From Parcubacteria group bacterium (GTDB lineage: Bacteria > Patescibacteriota > Minisyncoccia > Moranbacterales > UBA2206), in assembly GCA_041675165.1 (NCBI GenBank), contig JBAYUI010000001.1, positions 6,901 to 70,900 on the forward strand: DNA of 64,000 bases. The letters are read 5' to 3'. Shown piece after piece: positions 35,598 to 45,677 of this stretch. Below the pieces are notes generated by a model that saw only the letters and a list, made by a program, of their open reading frames with translations, made no database searches and was not told the DNA's origin. The position numbers and the translations under genes are program-made. How positions within the stretch are numbered: position 1 is the stretch's first letter; the number at the start of each line of letters is the position of its first letter.

Positions 35598-35622
35598 TTT
35601 CCTAAAGCTCGGCTTTAGGAAA
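35598..35622. terminator. Second copy of the REP-like hairpin TTTCCTAAAGC-tcg-GCTTTAGGAAA; terminator after polA
   Basis: Same 10-bp arms as at 6933-6955. A second hairpin (35628-35658, with a G-U pair on the minus strand) serves the convergent minus-strand gene. Confidence 0.5.
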
Positions 35623-35666
35623 AATAAAACCCCAACGGAAACGCGATCCGTCGGGGGCAGGTTATG

Positions 35667-36017
35667 CTATCTAGGATATAACTCCTTGATTCTATCAGCT
35701 CCTTTATAGATTATATAAGGGATAGCTCCTCTATCGATTTCAAGCTCTTTGCTTAAAATATTATAAATAGCTATTTTATGCTCTTTTGTTTTTCCATTGG
35801 AGTAAAAATGGAAAGTTATACCTTCGTAAGTAATACTTATGAAAGTTATCCACTGGGGAAATTTCATGGATATGTTATTAATGCAGTGGTAGCAGTAGCA
35901 GATGATGTCTCCATGATCGGGAAAATTTTTGCTATAAGTACCCTTGGGTTCTCTGATTAACGATTTGCACTCAAAGCAGGTTTGGCCAATAATTTTTTTT
36001 GGTGAAATTTTTTCCAT
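35667..36017 (-). CDS. Small Cys-rich hypothetical protein (CxxC...CxCxxC)
   Basis: From the internal Met: MEKISPKKIIGQTCFECKSL...GDIICYCYHCINN... Possibly a zinc-binding module. The track ORF extends 19 codons upstream. Confidence 0.35.
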   Translation of the reverse strand: MEKISPKKIIGQTCFECKSLIREPKGTYSKNFPDHGDIICYCYHCINNISMKFPQWITFISITYEGITFHFYSNGKTKEHKIAIYNILSKELEIDRGAIPYIIYKGADRIKELYPR

Positions 36018-36089
36018 AGTTATTCTCCCTTGCGTTGTTGGTTGAGAGCTAGTTGTGAATAGGATAGTATTCAATATTTATTGCATCAT

Positions 36090-36179
36090 TCAATTAATAT
36101 TGCCTTCTGGAATTATTTTGTAAAATCCAGGCAAGAATTCTTCCAAAGCAAAATCTTTGATAATTTCAGGTACTTTCAT
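36090..36179 (-). CDS. Candidate 29-aa peptide divergent from TrmB paralog 3
   Basis: MKVPEIIKDFALEEFLPGFYKIIPEGNIN, preceded by GAGAGG 7 nt upstream of the ATG. The longer track ORF (36090..36350) looks non-coding upstream of this Met. Confidence 0.2.
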   Translation of the reverse strand: MKVPEIIKDFALEEFLPGFYKIIPEGNIN

Positions 36180-36267
36180 TTTAGCCTCTCTTGTTAGTTT
36201 TAGTGTGTGCTCGCAGCCTCTTTTTTTAAAAAACAAGTAATAAGATAGTGTATGACATAGGAGAAAT

Positions 36268-36300
36268 ATTGTCAATAATTGTTCAACAAATGTTGACAAT
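36268..36300. promoter_or_regulatory. Inverted repeat ATTGTCAA-N17-TTGACAAT (with nested TTGTTcaACAA) upstream of TrmB paralog 3; candidate operator
   Basis: 8-bp perfect arms read from the sequence, 13 nt before the TrmB3 start. Confidence 0.35.
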
Positions 36301-36312
36301 ATATTAACAACA

Positions 36313-37113
36313 GTGTACGATAGGCATATGTTAGCCAGTAACACTCTCAAAAAATTGGGTCTAAATGAGAAAGAAACGCGAGTCTATCTGGCGCTACTTC
36401 GGCATGGACAAGCTAAACCGGCGGAACTGGCGAAACTCACTAAACTTAATCGGGCAACGCTTTATCATACTGCCAAAAGCTTGGTTTCATCCGGAATTAT
36501 TGCTGAAGACTTGAGTGGCAAGGCTTTGCAATATGTGATTTTGCCGATTGATAATATGAAAAATATTCTAGAATCAGACAAGAGAGAATTAAAAGAAAAA
36601 GAGAAGCTGGTCAAGCAGGCAGTGGGAGAATTGCAGATGATCAGTTCAGAAAAATCATATCCGGTGCCCAAAATTAGATTCATAGAAGAAAATGATTTGG
36701 AAAAATTCTTGTTCGATAATTTAGTGAAATGGCAAAAAGAGGTTATTGCATCTGATGGACACTGGTGGGGCTTTCAGGATCATACTTTTGTGGAAAATTA
36801 TCCTGCTTGGATTGAGAAGAGTTGGAAAACTAAAGAAAGCCAACGTGGAAACTATTCGCCGCAAATATTTACTAATGATTCAAAGACCGAGCGGAAATTG
36901 AAAGGAAAATATCAGCCGAAGCGGCAGGTGAAATTTTTAGCGGATACTAATTTCACGGCTACAACCTGGGTTTGTGGGGATTATCTAGTAATGATTTATA
37001 CTCGCCAGGTCCCATATTATATTATTGAAATTCACGATGAGATGATGGCGCTCAATATGCGCGAGATTTTTAGGAGGTTGTGGAGAAATCCGGTTGGACA
37101 AAAAGTTGATTAG
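36313..37113 (+). CDS. TrmB-family transcriptional regulator (paralog 3)
   Basis: LGLNEKETRVYLALLRHGQAKPAELAKLTKLNRATLYHTAKSLVSSGII wHTH, similar to paralogs 1 and 2. Confidence 0.6.
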   Translation: MYDRHMLASNTLKKLGLNEKETRVYLALLRHGQAKPAELAKLTKLNRATLYHTAKSLVSSGIIAEDLSGKALQYVILPIDNMKNILESDKRELKEKEKLVKQAVGELQMISSEKSYPVPKIRFIEENDLEKFLFDNLVKWQKEVIASDGHWWGFQDHTFVENYPAWIEKSWKTKESQRGNYSPQIFTNDSKTERKLKGKYQPKRQVKFLADTNFTATTWVCGDYLVMIYTRQVPYYIIEIHDEMMALNMREIFRRLWRNPVGQKVD

Positions 37114-37234
37114 TTGAAATATAGATTAACAACTTGTATAATTCTCATGTAATAGGCAAAGGCATGGACGGGCTTAAATCGTAAAAACATGCTTTATATA
37201 AAGCAAAATCTAATGTAATAGTCATGTAATAATT

Positions 37235-38683
37235 ATGAATAATATAGAAAAGGAAGCTTTAATATGGCTTGAAAAAAGCCTTAAACCATTTCCTCAAGAA
37301 TTGAATGAAATCGATTGGAAATGCCAGCTTTCGACAAAAACCGATCGACTCGCTCAGCACATTTCAGCCTTCTCAAACTATAACGGCGGCGGATTTTTGG
37401 TTTTCGGAATTGACAATGATGGTGATATTTTAGGAATCAATAATAGTGATTGCGATGAGATACTAAAGAAATTAGGAAACATTGCGCGTCAAAATCTTTT
37501 GCCGCCAGTTGTAATTGATCATGCTGTCGCTAATTATCAAGGAAAGGATTTGTTATTTGTTAGAATAAATGAAGCACAGGAAAAGCCAATTCATTTGAGA
37601 AATGGGTCGATATACGATTCGTATATTCGCTCAGCAGGGCAAACAAGAAGAATGGAAAAGATGGAAGTGGCGGCTTTGATTTCACAATCACAAGGGCTAC
37701 AATTTGAGGACGGTATCTCCGCTACAGGCTTATCTGCAGAAGAAGTTTTAAAGAAAATTGATTTCACTTCGTATTTTGATTTAGCGGTGCGACCTATGCC
37801 GGATGGAAATGAGGCTATCCTTGAAAATCTTATCTTCGAAAAATTAGTCAGAAAAAATGGAGATCTTTTTGATATTACAAATTTGGGCGCCATCTTGTTT
37901 GCAAAAAATATTGAAGAATTTGAAAACCTAAAAAGAAAAGCCGTTCGTGTGATTATTTACGAAGAAAAAGACAGGCTAAAAACAGTTAAAGAGCTGGAAG
38001 GAAGGAGGGGTTACGCGTCTGGCTTTGAATCACTCATAGAATATGTTGAAAATTTATTACCAGCGAATGAAGTTATCAAGACTGCGCTGCGTCAAGATGT
38101 TAAAATGTATCCAGAAGTTGCTATTCGTGAACTTATTGCCAATGCTTTGATACATCAAGATTTTAATATGACGGGCACTGGTCCGATGATTGAGATTTTT
38201 TCTGACAGAATAGAGATTACAAATCCAGGTCAGCCGCTTATTGACACCCTACGCCTTTTAGACTCTCCTCCGCAATCTCGCAATGAAAAACTAGCAGGTA
38301 TTATGCGAAGATTTAAGGTTTGCGAGGAAAGAGGAAGTGGTATTGATAAGATTGTATATCTAACAGAAATATACCAGCTGCCAGCACCAGATTTTATAAA
38401 AAGTGAAAATCATTTTAGGGCAATTCTTTTCGCACATAAGGCGTTATCAAATATGAATAAAAAGGATAAAGTTAGAGCTTGTTATTTGCATTGCTGTTTG
38501 AAACATGTAGCAGGAGATAAAATGAATAATACCTCGCTGAGAGAAAGATTTCAGATAGCGGAGGCCAACTATCCGATCGCTTCAAATATTATAAGTGACA
38601 CGATTGATTCGGGATTAATCAAACCCTATGATCCTAGTAATAAATCTAAACGGTATATGGCATACGTTCCTTTCTGGGCTTAG
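37235..38683 (+). CDS. Schlafen/AlbA_2 DNA-binding domain plus HATPase_c_4 (RecG-C-like ATPase) putative regulator
   Basis: N-terminal AlbA_2-like region (HISAFSNYNGGGFLVFGIDNDGDILGI). C-terminal region VAIRELIANALIHQDF...IEIFSDRIEITNPGQPL is typical of HATPase_c_4. Confidence 0.55.
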   Translation: MNNIEKEALIWLEKSLKPFPQELNEIDWKCQLSTKTDRLAQHISAFSNYNGGGFLVFGIDNDGDILGINNSDCDEILKKLGNIARQNLLPPVVIDHAVANYQGKDLLFVRINEAQEKPIHLRNGSIYDSYIRSAGQTRRMEKMEVAALISQSQGLQFEDGISATGLSAEEVLKKIDFTSYFDLAVRPMPDGNEAILENLIFEKLVRKNGDLFDITNLGAILFAKNIEEFENLKRKAVRVIIYEEKDRLKTVKELEGRRGYASGFESLIEYVENLLPANEVIKTALRQDVKMYPEVAIRELIANALIHQDFNMTGTGPMIEIFSDRIEITNPGQPLIDTLRLLDSPPQSRNEKLAGIMRRFKVCEERGSGIDKIVYLTEIYQLPAPDFIKSENHFRAILFAHKALSNMNKKDKVRACYLHCCLKHVAGDKMNNTSLRERFQIAEANYPIASNIISDTIDSGLIKPYDPSNKSKRYMAYVPFWA

Positions 38684-38722
38684 TTTTAAGTTAATATAAT
38701 AAAATAGATAAGCAGTAATCTT

Positions 38723-39631
38723 ATGCCAGAACTTCCAGAAGTCCAAACCGTAGTGAATGATCTGAATGAAAAAATCAGAGGCGACAAAGTCGTTTCTTTT
38801 TGGAGTGAGTGGCCGAAGGCGATCAAAAATAAAAAACTTAAAGATTTCCAAAAAGAAATAATTGGGCGGAAAGTTTTGGGCGTAAGGAGGGTTGGGAAGA
38901 ATATTTTTATAGATTTAAACGGTGATAAGACGCTGTATATACATTTGAAGATGACAGGACATCTTTTGGTGAAATTTCAAAATCCAAATGACAAATTACA
39001 AATAAAATCCAAAATCAAAAATCTAAAAAATACAAAACCGGATTATTTCAGTGACAGGGTTAATCAATATATCAGGCATAAATGGACATTAAAAGATAAA
39101 AAAGGCAAATTAAAGACCATTGAGTTTTCGGATATGCGCAAATTTGCCAAGATTGTGTTGGATGATACGGAGAAAATAAAAAACTTAAAAGAAATAAAGG
39201 CCTTGGGAGTGGATGCGCTCAGTGCGGAGTTCACTTTCCAGAAATTTCAAGAAATACTTTCCAAAAAACCGAAAGGGCAGATTGGGATAATTCTTTTGGA
39301 TCAAAATTTGATCGCCGGCATCGGCAACATCTACCGCAGTGAGATCCTGTTTGAAGCGGGCATTTTGCCGGATAGGCCAATTGAAAAAATTACACTACCG
39401 GAACGCAAGAAGCTTTATGCTGCCATCGGTAAAATCCTCAAAAAAGCGGTGAAATTGCGGGGCACTTCTGATTCGGATTATCGTGATACTTCTGGCGCGC
39501 CCGGAGGATTCCAAAAAGTGCTCAAAGTCTATCGCAAGGAAAAGCAAAAATGTCAAAAATGTGGTACAATGGTGCAAAGAAAAACTTTGGGGCAAAGAAG
39601 TGTTTTCTTTTGTCCTGAATGTCAAAAATAA
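38723..39631 (+). CDS. mutM: Formamidopyrimidine-DNA glycosylase
   Basis: MPELPEVQTVVNDL N-terminus (catalytic Pro2, Glu3), H2TH region, and C-terminal zinc finger CQKCG...CPECQ. Confidence 0.85.
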   Translation: MPELPEVQTVVNDLNEKIRGDKVVSFWSEWPKAIKNKKLKDFQKEIIGRKVLGVRRVGKNIFIDLNGDKTLYIHLKMTGHLLVKFQNPNDKLQIKSKIKNLKNTKPDYFSDRVNQYIRHKWTLKDKKGKLKTIEFSDMRKFAKIVLDDTEKIKNLKEIKALGVDALSAEFTFQKFQEILSKKPKGQIGIILLDQNLIAGIGNIYRSEILFEAGILPDRPIEKITLPERKKLYAAIGKILKKAVKLRGTSDSDYRDTSGAPGGFQKVLKVYRKEKQKCQKCGTMVQRKTLGQRSVFFCPECQK

Positions 39632-39804
39632 TTTTTTCAATAAGGTGTGTCATCCCGCAGCCAATTCCAAAAAAGCTTTGAGGTTATATTTGGATTGATG
39701 TGCGTGGTCGCCTGCGGCTTAGATATTTTTAAATAACTAGTTTTATTGGCGAATTGGTGCGGGATGCTCATTTTTGTTCCTGCTCGCTTCGCTCACAGAC
39801 AAAA

Positions 39805-40974
39805 ATGGCAAACAGTAAAAAAATAATCAGTGCAGTCATTATCCTGGCTCTGGTCGGGGGCGGGATATATTTCATAAAAAAGTCAAAAACTAGCAATGTC
39901 AAACAGATCGATCTGAACAAAAAAACCGCGCAGAATTCCGGCCCGGCCAATACCGGACCGGTCAGCCCCATTTCCGGCCTGAGCTGTGACAATTGGAATA
40001 AACGTCCGATTGCGGTGATGCAACCGGCTGATCCGACGGCGCGTCCCGCCGCTGGTTTTTCCGACGCGGATATGGTTTTTGAAATGCCGGTCTTCACCAA
40101 TTCGAACACGCGCCTGATGGGAGTGTACCTCTGCAATCTTCCCAATGAAGTCGGCTCGATTAGGAGCGGCCGCCATGATTACATTCCGCTGGCCAAGGGA
40201 CTGGACGCAGTGTACATCCACTGGGGATATTCCATTTTTGCCGAGAGCCTGCTCAAACAAAAAATTATTGATAACATCAATTGTTTAACGACTTCTTATT
40301 GTGCTCGCTGGCCGAAGACCGGCGTGATGCAGCTGGAGGATACGGGACACATTACCAAAGACAAGATTGAACAAGCTATGAAGGATTACAATTATCACAC
40401 TGATGATAAATTTGCAGGGTATCCTCATCAGGATGAAGCCGGAATCGATCAGCGTCCGAACGGCGGGGGCTTGCGCTTGGCTTACCCGGGGAAATATGGC
40501 GTTAATTTTGATTACGACAAAGAATCAAATACGTATCCGCGCACCTGGGACGGCACGCCAGATATTGACAAAAACAATGGCAAACGTGTGGCGCCGAAAA
40601 ACATCGCTGTGCTTTATGCGGCTGATGCTCAGATAAAATTGGCGGATGAGCAGAACTATATCAACAGCGGACTCATGGATCCATGGTCGCTGGTGCCGAA
40701 AGAAGATCAGGCGGGGATTGATTATAACGGCGTGGGGCGCTACAACAATTTGCAACTCGGCGATCCATGGTTCGATACGACCGACAGTGGTGATGCCTAT
40801 TACTATTTCAACGGCCAACAAGTCAAGGGCACCTGGAAAAAAGATAAGAGCAGTCTGGACAGTAAACTTTTCTTCTATGATGAAAGCGGGGCGGAAATCA
40901 AATTCGTACCGGGTCAGATCTGGGTGGATGTGATGGAGCCGGGCCAGGGCATGAAATGGACACCCGCTAGCTAA
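39805..40974 (+). CDS. DUF3048-domain protein (YerB-like), membrane-anchored
   Basis: TM anchor IISAVIILALVGGGIYFI, then RPIAVMQPADPTARPAAGFSDADMVFEMPV...TRLMGVY, typical of the DUF3048 N-terminus. The internal Met at 39805 is preferred over the track start. Confidence 0.55.
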   Translation: MANSKKIISAVIILALVGGGIYFIKKSKTSNVKQIDLNKKTAQNSGPANTGPVSPISGLSCDNWNKRPIAVMQPADPTARPAAGFSDADMVFEMPVFTNSNTRLMGVYLCNLPNEVGSIRSGRHDYIPLAKGLDAVYIHWGYSIFAESLLKQKIIDNINCLTTSYCARWPKTGVMQLEDTGHITKDKIEQAMKDYNYHTDDKFAGYPHQDEAGIDQRPNGGGLRLAYPGKYGVNFDYDKESNTYPRTWDGTPDIDKNNGKRVAPKNIAVLYAADAQIKLADEQNYINSGLMDPWSLVPKEDQAGIDYNGVGRYNNLQLGDPWFDTTDSGDAYYYFNGQQVKGTWKKDKSSLDSKLFFYDESGAEIKFVPGQIWVDVMEPGQGMKWTPAS

Positions 40975-41037
40975 AGCTAGAATGTTCAATACTCAATATC
41001 CAATAATCAATAGAACAGAAGTTGGTGATTTTAAAAT

Positions 41038-42018
41038 ATGATACTATTTTTATACGGCGAGGATGCATTTTCTTCTAAACGCAAGGTCGCTGAAATAAAA
41101 CAAAAATATCTCAATTCTGATAAGTCCGGTTCCGGCTTATCAGTTTTTGATTGTGACCACGCCTCCGTAGCAGATAAAGTTAATGTAAAAAATATAGTCA
41201 GCGTGATCAATACGCCTAATCTCTTGGCGCCTAAAAGACTGCTAATTATTAAGGATTTTGTTTCAGCGACACTGGCCGAGGAGCAAAAAGAATTATTGAC
41301 TTTTCTCAAGAAAAAAGACCGAAATTTAGGCGAAGACAGTGATGTGGTCGTAGTTTTTTGGGAAGGAAGTCAGCCGAAAAAATCCGGGGCGTTGTATAAA
41401 TTTTTGGAGAAAAATGCCAAGAGCCAACATTTTGAAAAATTAAGCGGCGTGAAGTTGCAACAATGGGTCTTGAAAAATTTAGTGAACGTTGATCCGACAG
41501 CCAAAATTTCCAAGTCTGCCTTGGAGAAATTGATCGCCTATTGCGGCGAGGATAATTTTATTTTGTTTTCCGAGATGCAAAAATTGGCCAGCTATGCGAA
41601 CGGTCAGATGATTGAAGAGAAAGACGTGGAAAAATTAGTGCGAGCTAAAATAGATGGTAATATATTCGCCATGGTAGACGCGATTGGCGCTAATAACAAA
41701 AAACAGGCGCTCGGAATGCTACACAAACACCTGGAAAAAGGCGATGATCCTTTCTATATCCTCTCCATGTTTTTCTATCAATTCCGCAATATGTTGAAAG
41801 TGGCTGATCTTAAGGAGCAAGGGATGCCAGAACATGAAATCGCGCGTGCGACTAAGTTGCATCCGTTCGTGGTGAAAAAAAGCCTCTCGCAAGTTTCCCG
41901 GTTGCCTCTTGCAAAATTAAAAACCATCTATCAAAAGTTGGGCGAACTGGATACAGAGGTGAAGACTGGGAAAATCGAAATTAAGTTGGGGTTGGACAAG
42001 TTTGTGGTGGAGTTGTGA
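41038..42018 (+). CDS. holA: DNA polymerase III delta subunit
   Basis: MILFLYGEDAFSSKRKVAEIKQKY delta-type N-terminus, about 326 aa, alpha-helical C-terminal domain. Confidence 0.7.
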   Translation: MILFLYGEDAFSSKRKVAEIKQKYLNSDKSGSGLSVFDCDHASVADKVNVKNIVSVINTPNLLAPKRLLIIKDFVSATLAEEQKELLTFLKKKDRNLGEDSDVVVVFWEGSQPKKSGALYKFLEKNAKSQHFEKLSGVKLQQWVLKNLVNVDPTAKISKSALEKLIAYCGEDNFILFSEMQKLASYANGQMIEEKDVEKLVRAKIDGNIFAMVDAIGANNKKQALGMLHKHLEKGDDPFYILSMFFYQFRNMLKVADLKEQGMPEHEIARATKLHPFVVKKSLSQVSRLPLAKLKTIYQKLGELDTEVKTGKIEIKLGLDKFVVEL

Positions 42019-42038
42019 TTTCTTAATGAGATATAATC

Positions 42039-42803
42039 ATGATCAAAAGACAAATTATAGTAGATAATTTGAATATTCAATTTTATCAAAGTGACTGTAT
42101 TGGCAAAGAAAAATTGGTGATATTATTGCATGGCTGGAATTCTCGGGCAAAACATTTAAAAATCATCTTCCAAGAGATGGATAATTTTATCGCCCTGGAT
42201 CTTCCCGGTTTTGGAGAAAGCGATTTGCCGCCTGTTGTTTGGGGGGTAGCTGAATATGCTAATTTTTTGCGAAGATTTCTTGAGAAGCTGGAAATTGAAA
42301 AACCTATTCTAGCTGGACATTCTTTTGGGGGCAGTGTCATTTTGAAGTATCTAGCCAATGGTGGCAGAGCAGAAAAGATTATCCTAGTTTCTCCTTCCGG
42401 CATAAGGAAAAGAGGAATGAAGATATGGTTCTATAAGATTGTGGCCAAAATAGCAAAAAGCATATTGAGTCTTCCCGGCGCATCCTTTTTTAGGGATAAA
42501 ATCAGAATAAAAGCGTATAAGATGATAGATTCAGAGGATTATATCGAAGCTGGAGCGTTGACCGAAAGTTATAAAAAAATTATTCGGGAAGATTTGAGCG
42601 AAGATATGAAGAAGATCCAAATCAAAACTATTTTAATCTGGGGCGAAAAGGATGTTGCGACTCCGCTTGCTCAGGGCGAACTTATGCAGAAGTTTATCAA
42701 AAATTCTAAATTGTATATCATCAAAACAGCTGGCCACTTTTCTTTTGTTGATCAGCCGGAGGAATTTAAGAAAATATTTTTAAGAGAAATCAATGCTGAT
42801 TAG
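42039..42803 (+). CDS. Alpha/beta-fold hydrolase
   Basis: HGWNS oxyanion-region motif, nucleophile elbow GHSFGG, and a C-terminal His region (TAGHF). Confidence 0.7.
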   Translation: MIKRQIIVDNLNIQFYQSDCIGKEKLVILLHGWNSRAKHLKIIFQEMDNFIALDLPGFGESDLPPVVWGVAEYANFLRRFLEKLEIEKPILAGHSFGGSVILKYLANGGRAEKIILVSPSGIRKRGMKIWFYKIVAKIAKSILSLPGASFFRDKIRIKAYKMIDSEDYIEAGALTESYKKIIREDLSEDMKKIQIKTILIWGEKDVATPLAQGELMQKFIKNSKLYIIKTAGHFSFVDQPEEFKKIFLREINAD

Positions 42804-44166
42804 AAATTTGATCTATATCTTGCAACTAAATCTTTATGATATAGGGAGCTTCTTGAAATTTGCCTATACACATCCGGCGTGGTGGCGGTTGGAAAAGAGA
42901 GCAACTATTACTTGGACAAAAAAGGCTAAGTTGGTCTATGTCGTTACAATATTTTTTCTTATAGCAATCATAGGCTGCGCTTATTTCCAACTGGGCTTCT
43001 CCGGCTTAGGTGTCATATTTTTTGAAATTATCATGTTACCTGCCATTATTAGTTTTGCAACTGTGAGCGTTTATCCGATAGACAAATATCTGAAAGGGAG
43101 ACTGGTTAAAAAAGCCAAACTGATTTTGCGGCGATATGTCCAGGGCGTTACGGTCATTGGCATTACCGGCAGTTATGGCAAAACTTCGACGCGAGAAATT
43201 CTCGCTAGCATCCTGGGTGAAAAATTTCGCGTGTTTAAATTAGAAGAGAACATTAACACAGACATCGGGATTGCTGATTATATCGTGAAAAATCCTGACT
43301 TTTTAGAGAGTAAGGAAGTATTCATCGTGGAAATGGGAGCGTATAAAAAAGGGGATATCAAGGATCTTTGCGACTTGGTCAGTCCTGATTATTCTATTTT
43401 GACGGGCATCAACGAATCGCATTTGGAGCGATTCGGCAGTTTGGAAAATACTATCCAAGCTAAGTTCGAATTGCCACTGGCAACAAAAAAAATGGCAGTT
43501 TTAAATTTTAAGGATGAGAATGTAAAAAATAATTTTTCAAAATTTGATTTAAAAAACTCAGTCGGCGTGACTGATGAAGCGGCGCAAGAAATCAAAATCC
43601 TGGATAATTTTCTTGGTCTTGAATTCAAGCTGAATGATAGAATCTTCAAAACAAAACTTTTGGCAGGGCATAATATTCCCCTCATTCTTCTGTGTTTGGA
43701 AATAGCCGGTGCATTAGGGATGGATTCTGAGGCTATGGCAAAAGGTGTGGAAAAAATCTCATATATTCCCCATAGGTTAGAGCCGATCTATAATGATAAG
43801 ACGGATGTTTGGGTGATCGATGACAGTTATAACGGGAATTTCAATGGAATCATCAGTGGCTTGGAAGTGCTTGGCCGCGCGCGCGGCCGACGGATCGTTC
43901 TGACGCCCGGCCTCGTCGAGCTGGGCAAAAAAACGGAAAAAGTGCATAATAATATCGGTCAGTTATATGCGGATCAGGGGGTAGATTTAGTACTGCTGAT
44001 CAAAAATAAAGCTACCAAATATATTGTTTCCGGATTGAAGGAAAGGGGCTTTGAAAACTATAAGATATTTGATTCGTCCAATCAAGCCCATGCAGCCCTG
44101 CCTGAAATCATTCAGCGCGGCGATACGATCATTTTTCAAAATGATCTGCCAGATAATTATTTTTAA
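42793..44166 (+). CDS. murF: Mur ligase, MurF-like, with an N-terminal membrane region
   Basis: GITGSYGKTSTREIL P-loop and DDSYNGN C-terminal-domain motif. Adjacent to ddl. Confidence 0.7.
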   Translation: MLIRNLIYILQLNLYDIGSFLKFAYTHPAWWRLEKRATITWTKKAKLVYVVTIFFLIAIIGCAYFQLGFSGLGVIFFEIIMLPAIISFATVSVYPIDKYLKGRLVKKAKLILRRYVQGVTVIGITGSYGKTSTREILASILGEKFRVFKLEENINTDIGIADYIVKNPDFLESKEVFIVEMGAYKKGDIKDLCDLVSPDYSILTGINESHLERFGSLENTIQAKFELPLATKKMAVLNFKDENVKNNFSKFDLKNSVGVTDEAAQEIKILDNFLGLEFKLNDRIFKTKLLAGHNIPLILLCLEIAGALGMDSEAMAKGVEKISYIPHRLEPIYNDKTDVWVIDDSYNGNFNGIISGLEVLGRARGRRIVLTPGLVELGKKTEKVHNNIGQLYADQGVDLVLLIKNKATKYIVSGLKERGFENYKIFDSSNQAHAALPEIIQRGDTIIFQNDLPDNYF

Positions 44167-44175
44167 TAAACTATT

Positions 44176-45342
44176 ATGAACATTGGGGTATTTTTTGGCG
44201 GGAAAAGTCCGGAACATGACGTCTCGATCATTACGGGTCAACTTATCATTTCGGAATTGAAAAAGATGGGGAGATTGTTCACTCCGGTATATCTAGGGAA
44301 AAACGGGGAGTGGTATATCGGAGAAGAGCTGGATGACTTGAAATTTTTTATGGATAAACAGCGGGAGCAGAAATTGCCAAGCCTGGATAACTATTCGCTC
44401 AGCCTTAAGGAATCTAAAAGACGATTGGTTTTTGAAAAGAAAGGGCTGTTGTCTAAAAAAGTTATCATTGATCTGGCTTTTCCATGTTTTCATGGTTCGA
44501 ACGGTGAAGACGGCACGATACAGGGACTTTTTGAAATGTTTAATGTGCCCTATGTCGGTTGCGACGTAGCTTCCTCGGCCGTAGCTTTTGATAAGGTACT
44601 CACTAAGCTCTTGTATCAAAGCCTAAACATCCCGACAGCCAAGTTTATCCATTTTAGCGGTCAAGATTGGATGGGTAAAAAGGAGGAAATTATTTCAGAA
44701 ATAAAGAGGCATCTGCGCTTCCCGCTTTTTGTGAAACCGCCTAAACTTGGATCATCCATCGGCATCACGCGAGCTAAAGACGAGAATGAGCTGGAATCTG
44801 GCATTGAGTTGGCACTGCATTATGGAGAAAAAGTTCTCGTGGAGGAGGGAGTGGAAAATTTGGCGGACATCACTTGTTGTGTCATTGGAAATGATGAATT
44901 GACAGCTTCGCTCGTCCAAGAGTCAATTTTTGACAGTGACCTTTTCAATTTCGAAGAAAAATATTTGAAAGACGGCGGGGCACAGACGGGGAGCGCTAAA
45001 GACCGAATAATAATTCCTGCGCGATTGGATGAAAAAACTACGACAAATGTGCAGGCAATGGCTAAACAGATTTACAAAAGTATCGGCTCTAGTGGCATTG
45101 CCCGCGTGGATTTCCTTTTTGATAAGCAGGCAGATAAATTATATGCTAATGAGATTAATCCACTGCCCGGCAACATCTATTTCCATCTATGGGAGGAGAG
45201 CGGATTAGGATTGGATGAGCTCTTGGAAAAACTTTTGCAATTTGCGATTGAACGTCACACAGCCAAGAACAAAATAACTTACACTTTCAAGACAGACCTG
45301 ATGGACTTTGCGAATTCGGTGAAGTTAAAAATGAAAAAATAA
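44176..45342 (+). CDS. ddl: D-alanine--D-alanine ligase
   Basis: MNIGVFFGGKSPEHDVSIITG N-terminus and ATP-grasp core (GEDGTIQGLFE, ...ARVDFLF...ANEINPLPG). Confidence 0.85.
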   Translation: MNIGVFFGGKSPEHDVSIITGQLIISELKKMGRLFTPVYLGKNGEWYIGEELDDLKFFMDKQREQKLPSLDNYSLSLKESKRRLVFEKKGLLSKKVIIDLAFPCFHGSNGEDGTIQGLFEMFNVPYVGCDVASSAVAFDKVLTKLLYQSLNIPTAKFIHFSGQDWMGKKEEIISEIKRHLRFPLFVKPPKLGSSIGITRAKDENELESGIELALHYGEKVLVEEGVENLADITCCVIGNDELTASLVQESIFDSDLFNFEEKYLKDGGAQTGSAKDRIIIPARLDEKTTTNVQAMAKQIYKSIGSSGIARVDFLFDKQADKLYANEINPLPGNIYFHLWEESGLGLDELLEKLLQFAIERHTAKNKITYTFKTDLMDFANSVKLKMKK

Positions 45343-45404
45343 TAATGTTTTCTGTAACAAAAAAACCACTCCGATGTACATCGGAGTGGTTTTCATTTGC
45401 AAGA

Positions 45405-45677
45405 TTATTTCTTCAGCGCGGCAGCTTTCACGGTTTTGTTCAGGCGGGATTTCATGCGGGCAGCGGTATTTTTGTGTAGGACATTCTTTTGAGCGGCTTT
45501 GTCCAAGGCTTTCATCGATTTCTTCAGATATTCCTGAGCTTTGGCAACATCGTTTTTGGCCAGAGATTCCTTGGTCGCTTTTATCGCGCTCTTGAAAGAT
45601 CCTTTAATCTTACGGTTCTTCTCCGTCTTTCTTTCGGTGACCCGCATATATTTCTTAGCGGCTTCTTTGATCGGCAT
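45405..45677 (-). CDS. rpsT: 30S ribosomal protein S20
   Basis: MPIKEAAKKYMRVTERKTEKNRKIK...; basic and helical, about 90 aa, S20-like. The internal Met is preferred over the track start. Confidence 0.8.
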   Translation of the reverse strand: MPIKEAAKKYMRVTERKTEKNRKIKGSFKSAIKATKESLAKNDVAKAQEYLKKSMKALDKAAQKNVLHKNTAARMKSRLNKTVKAAALKK

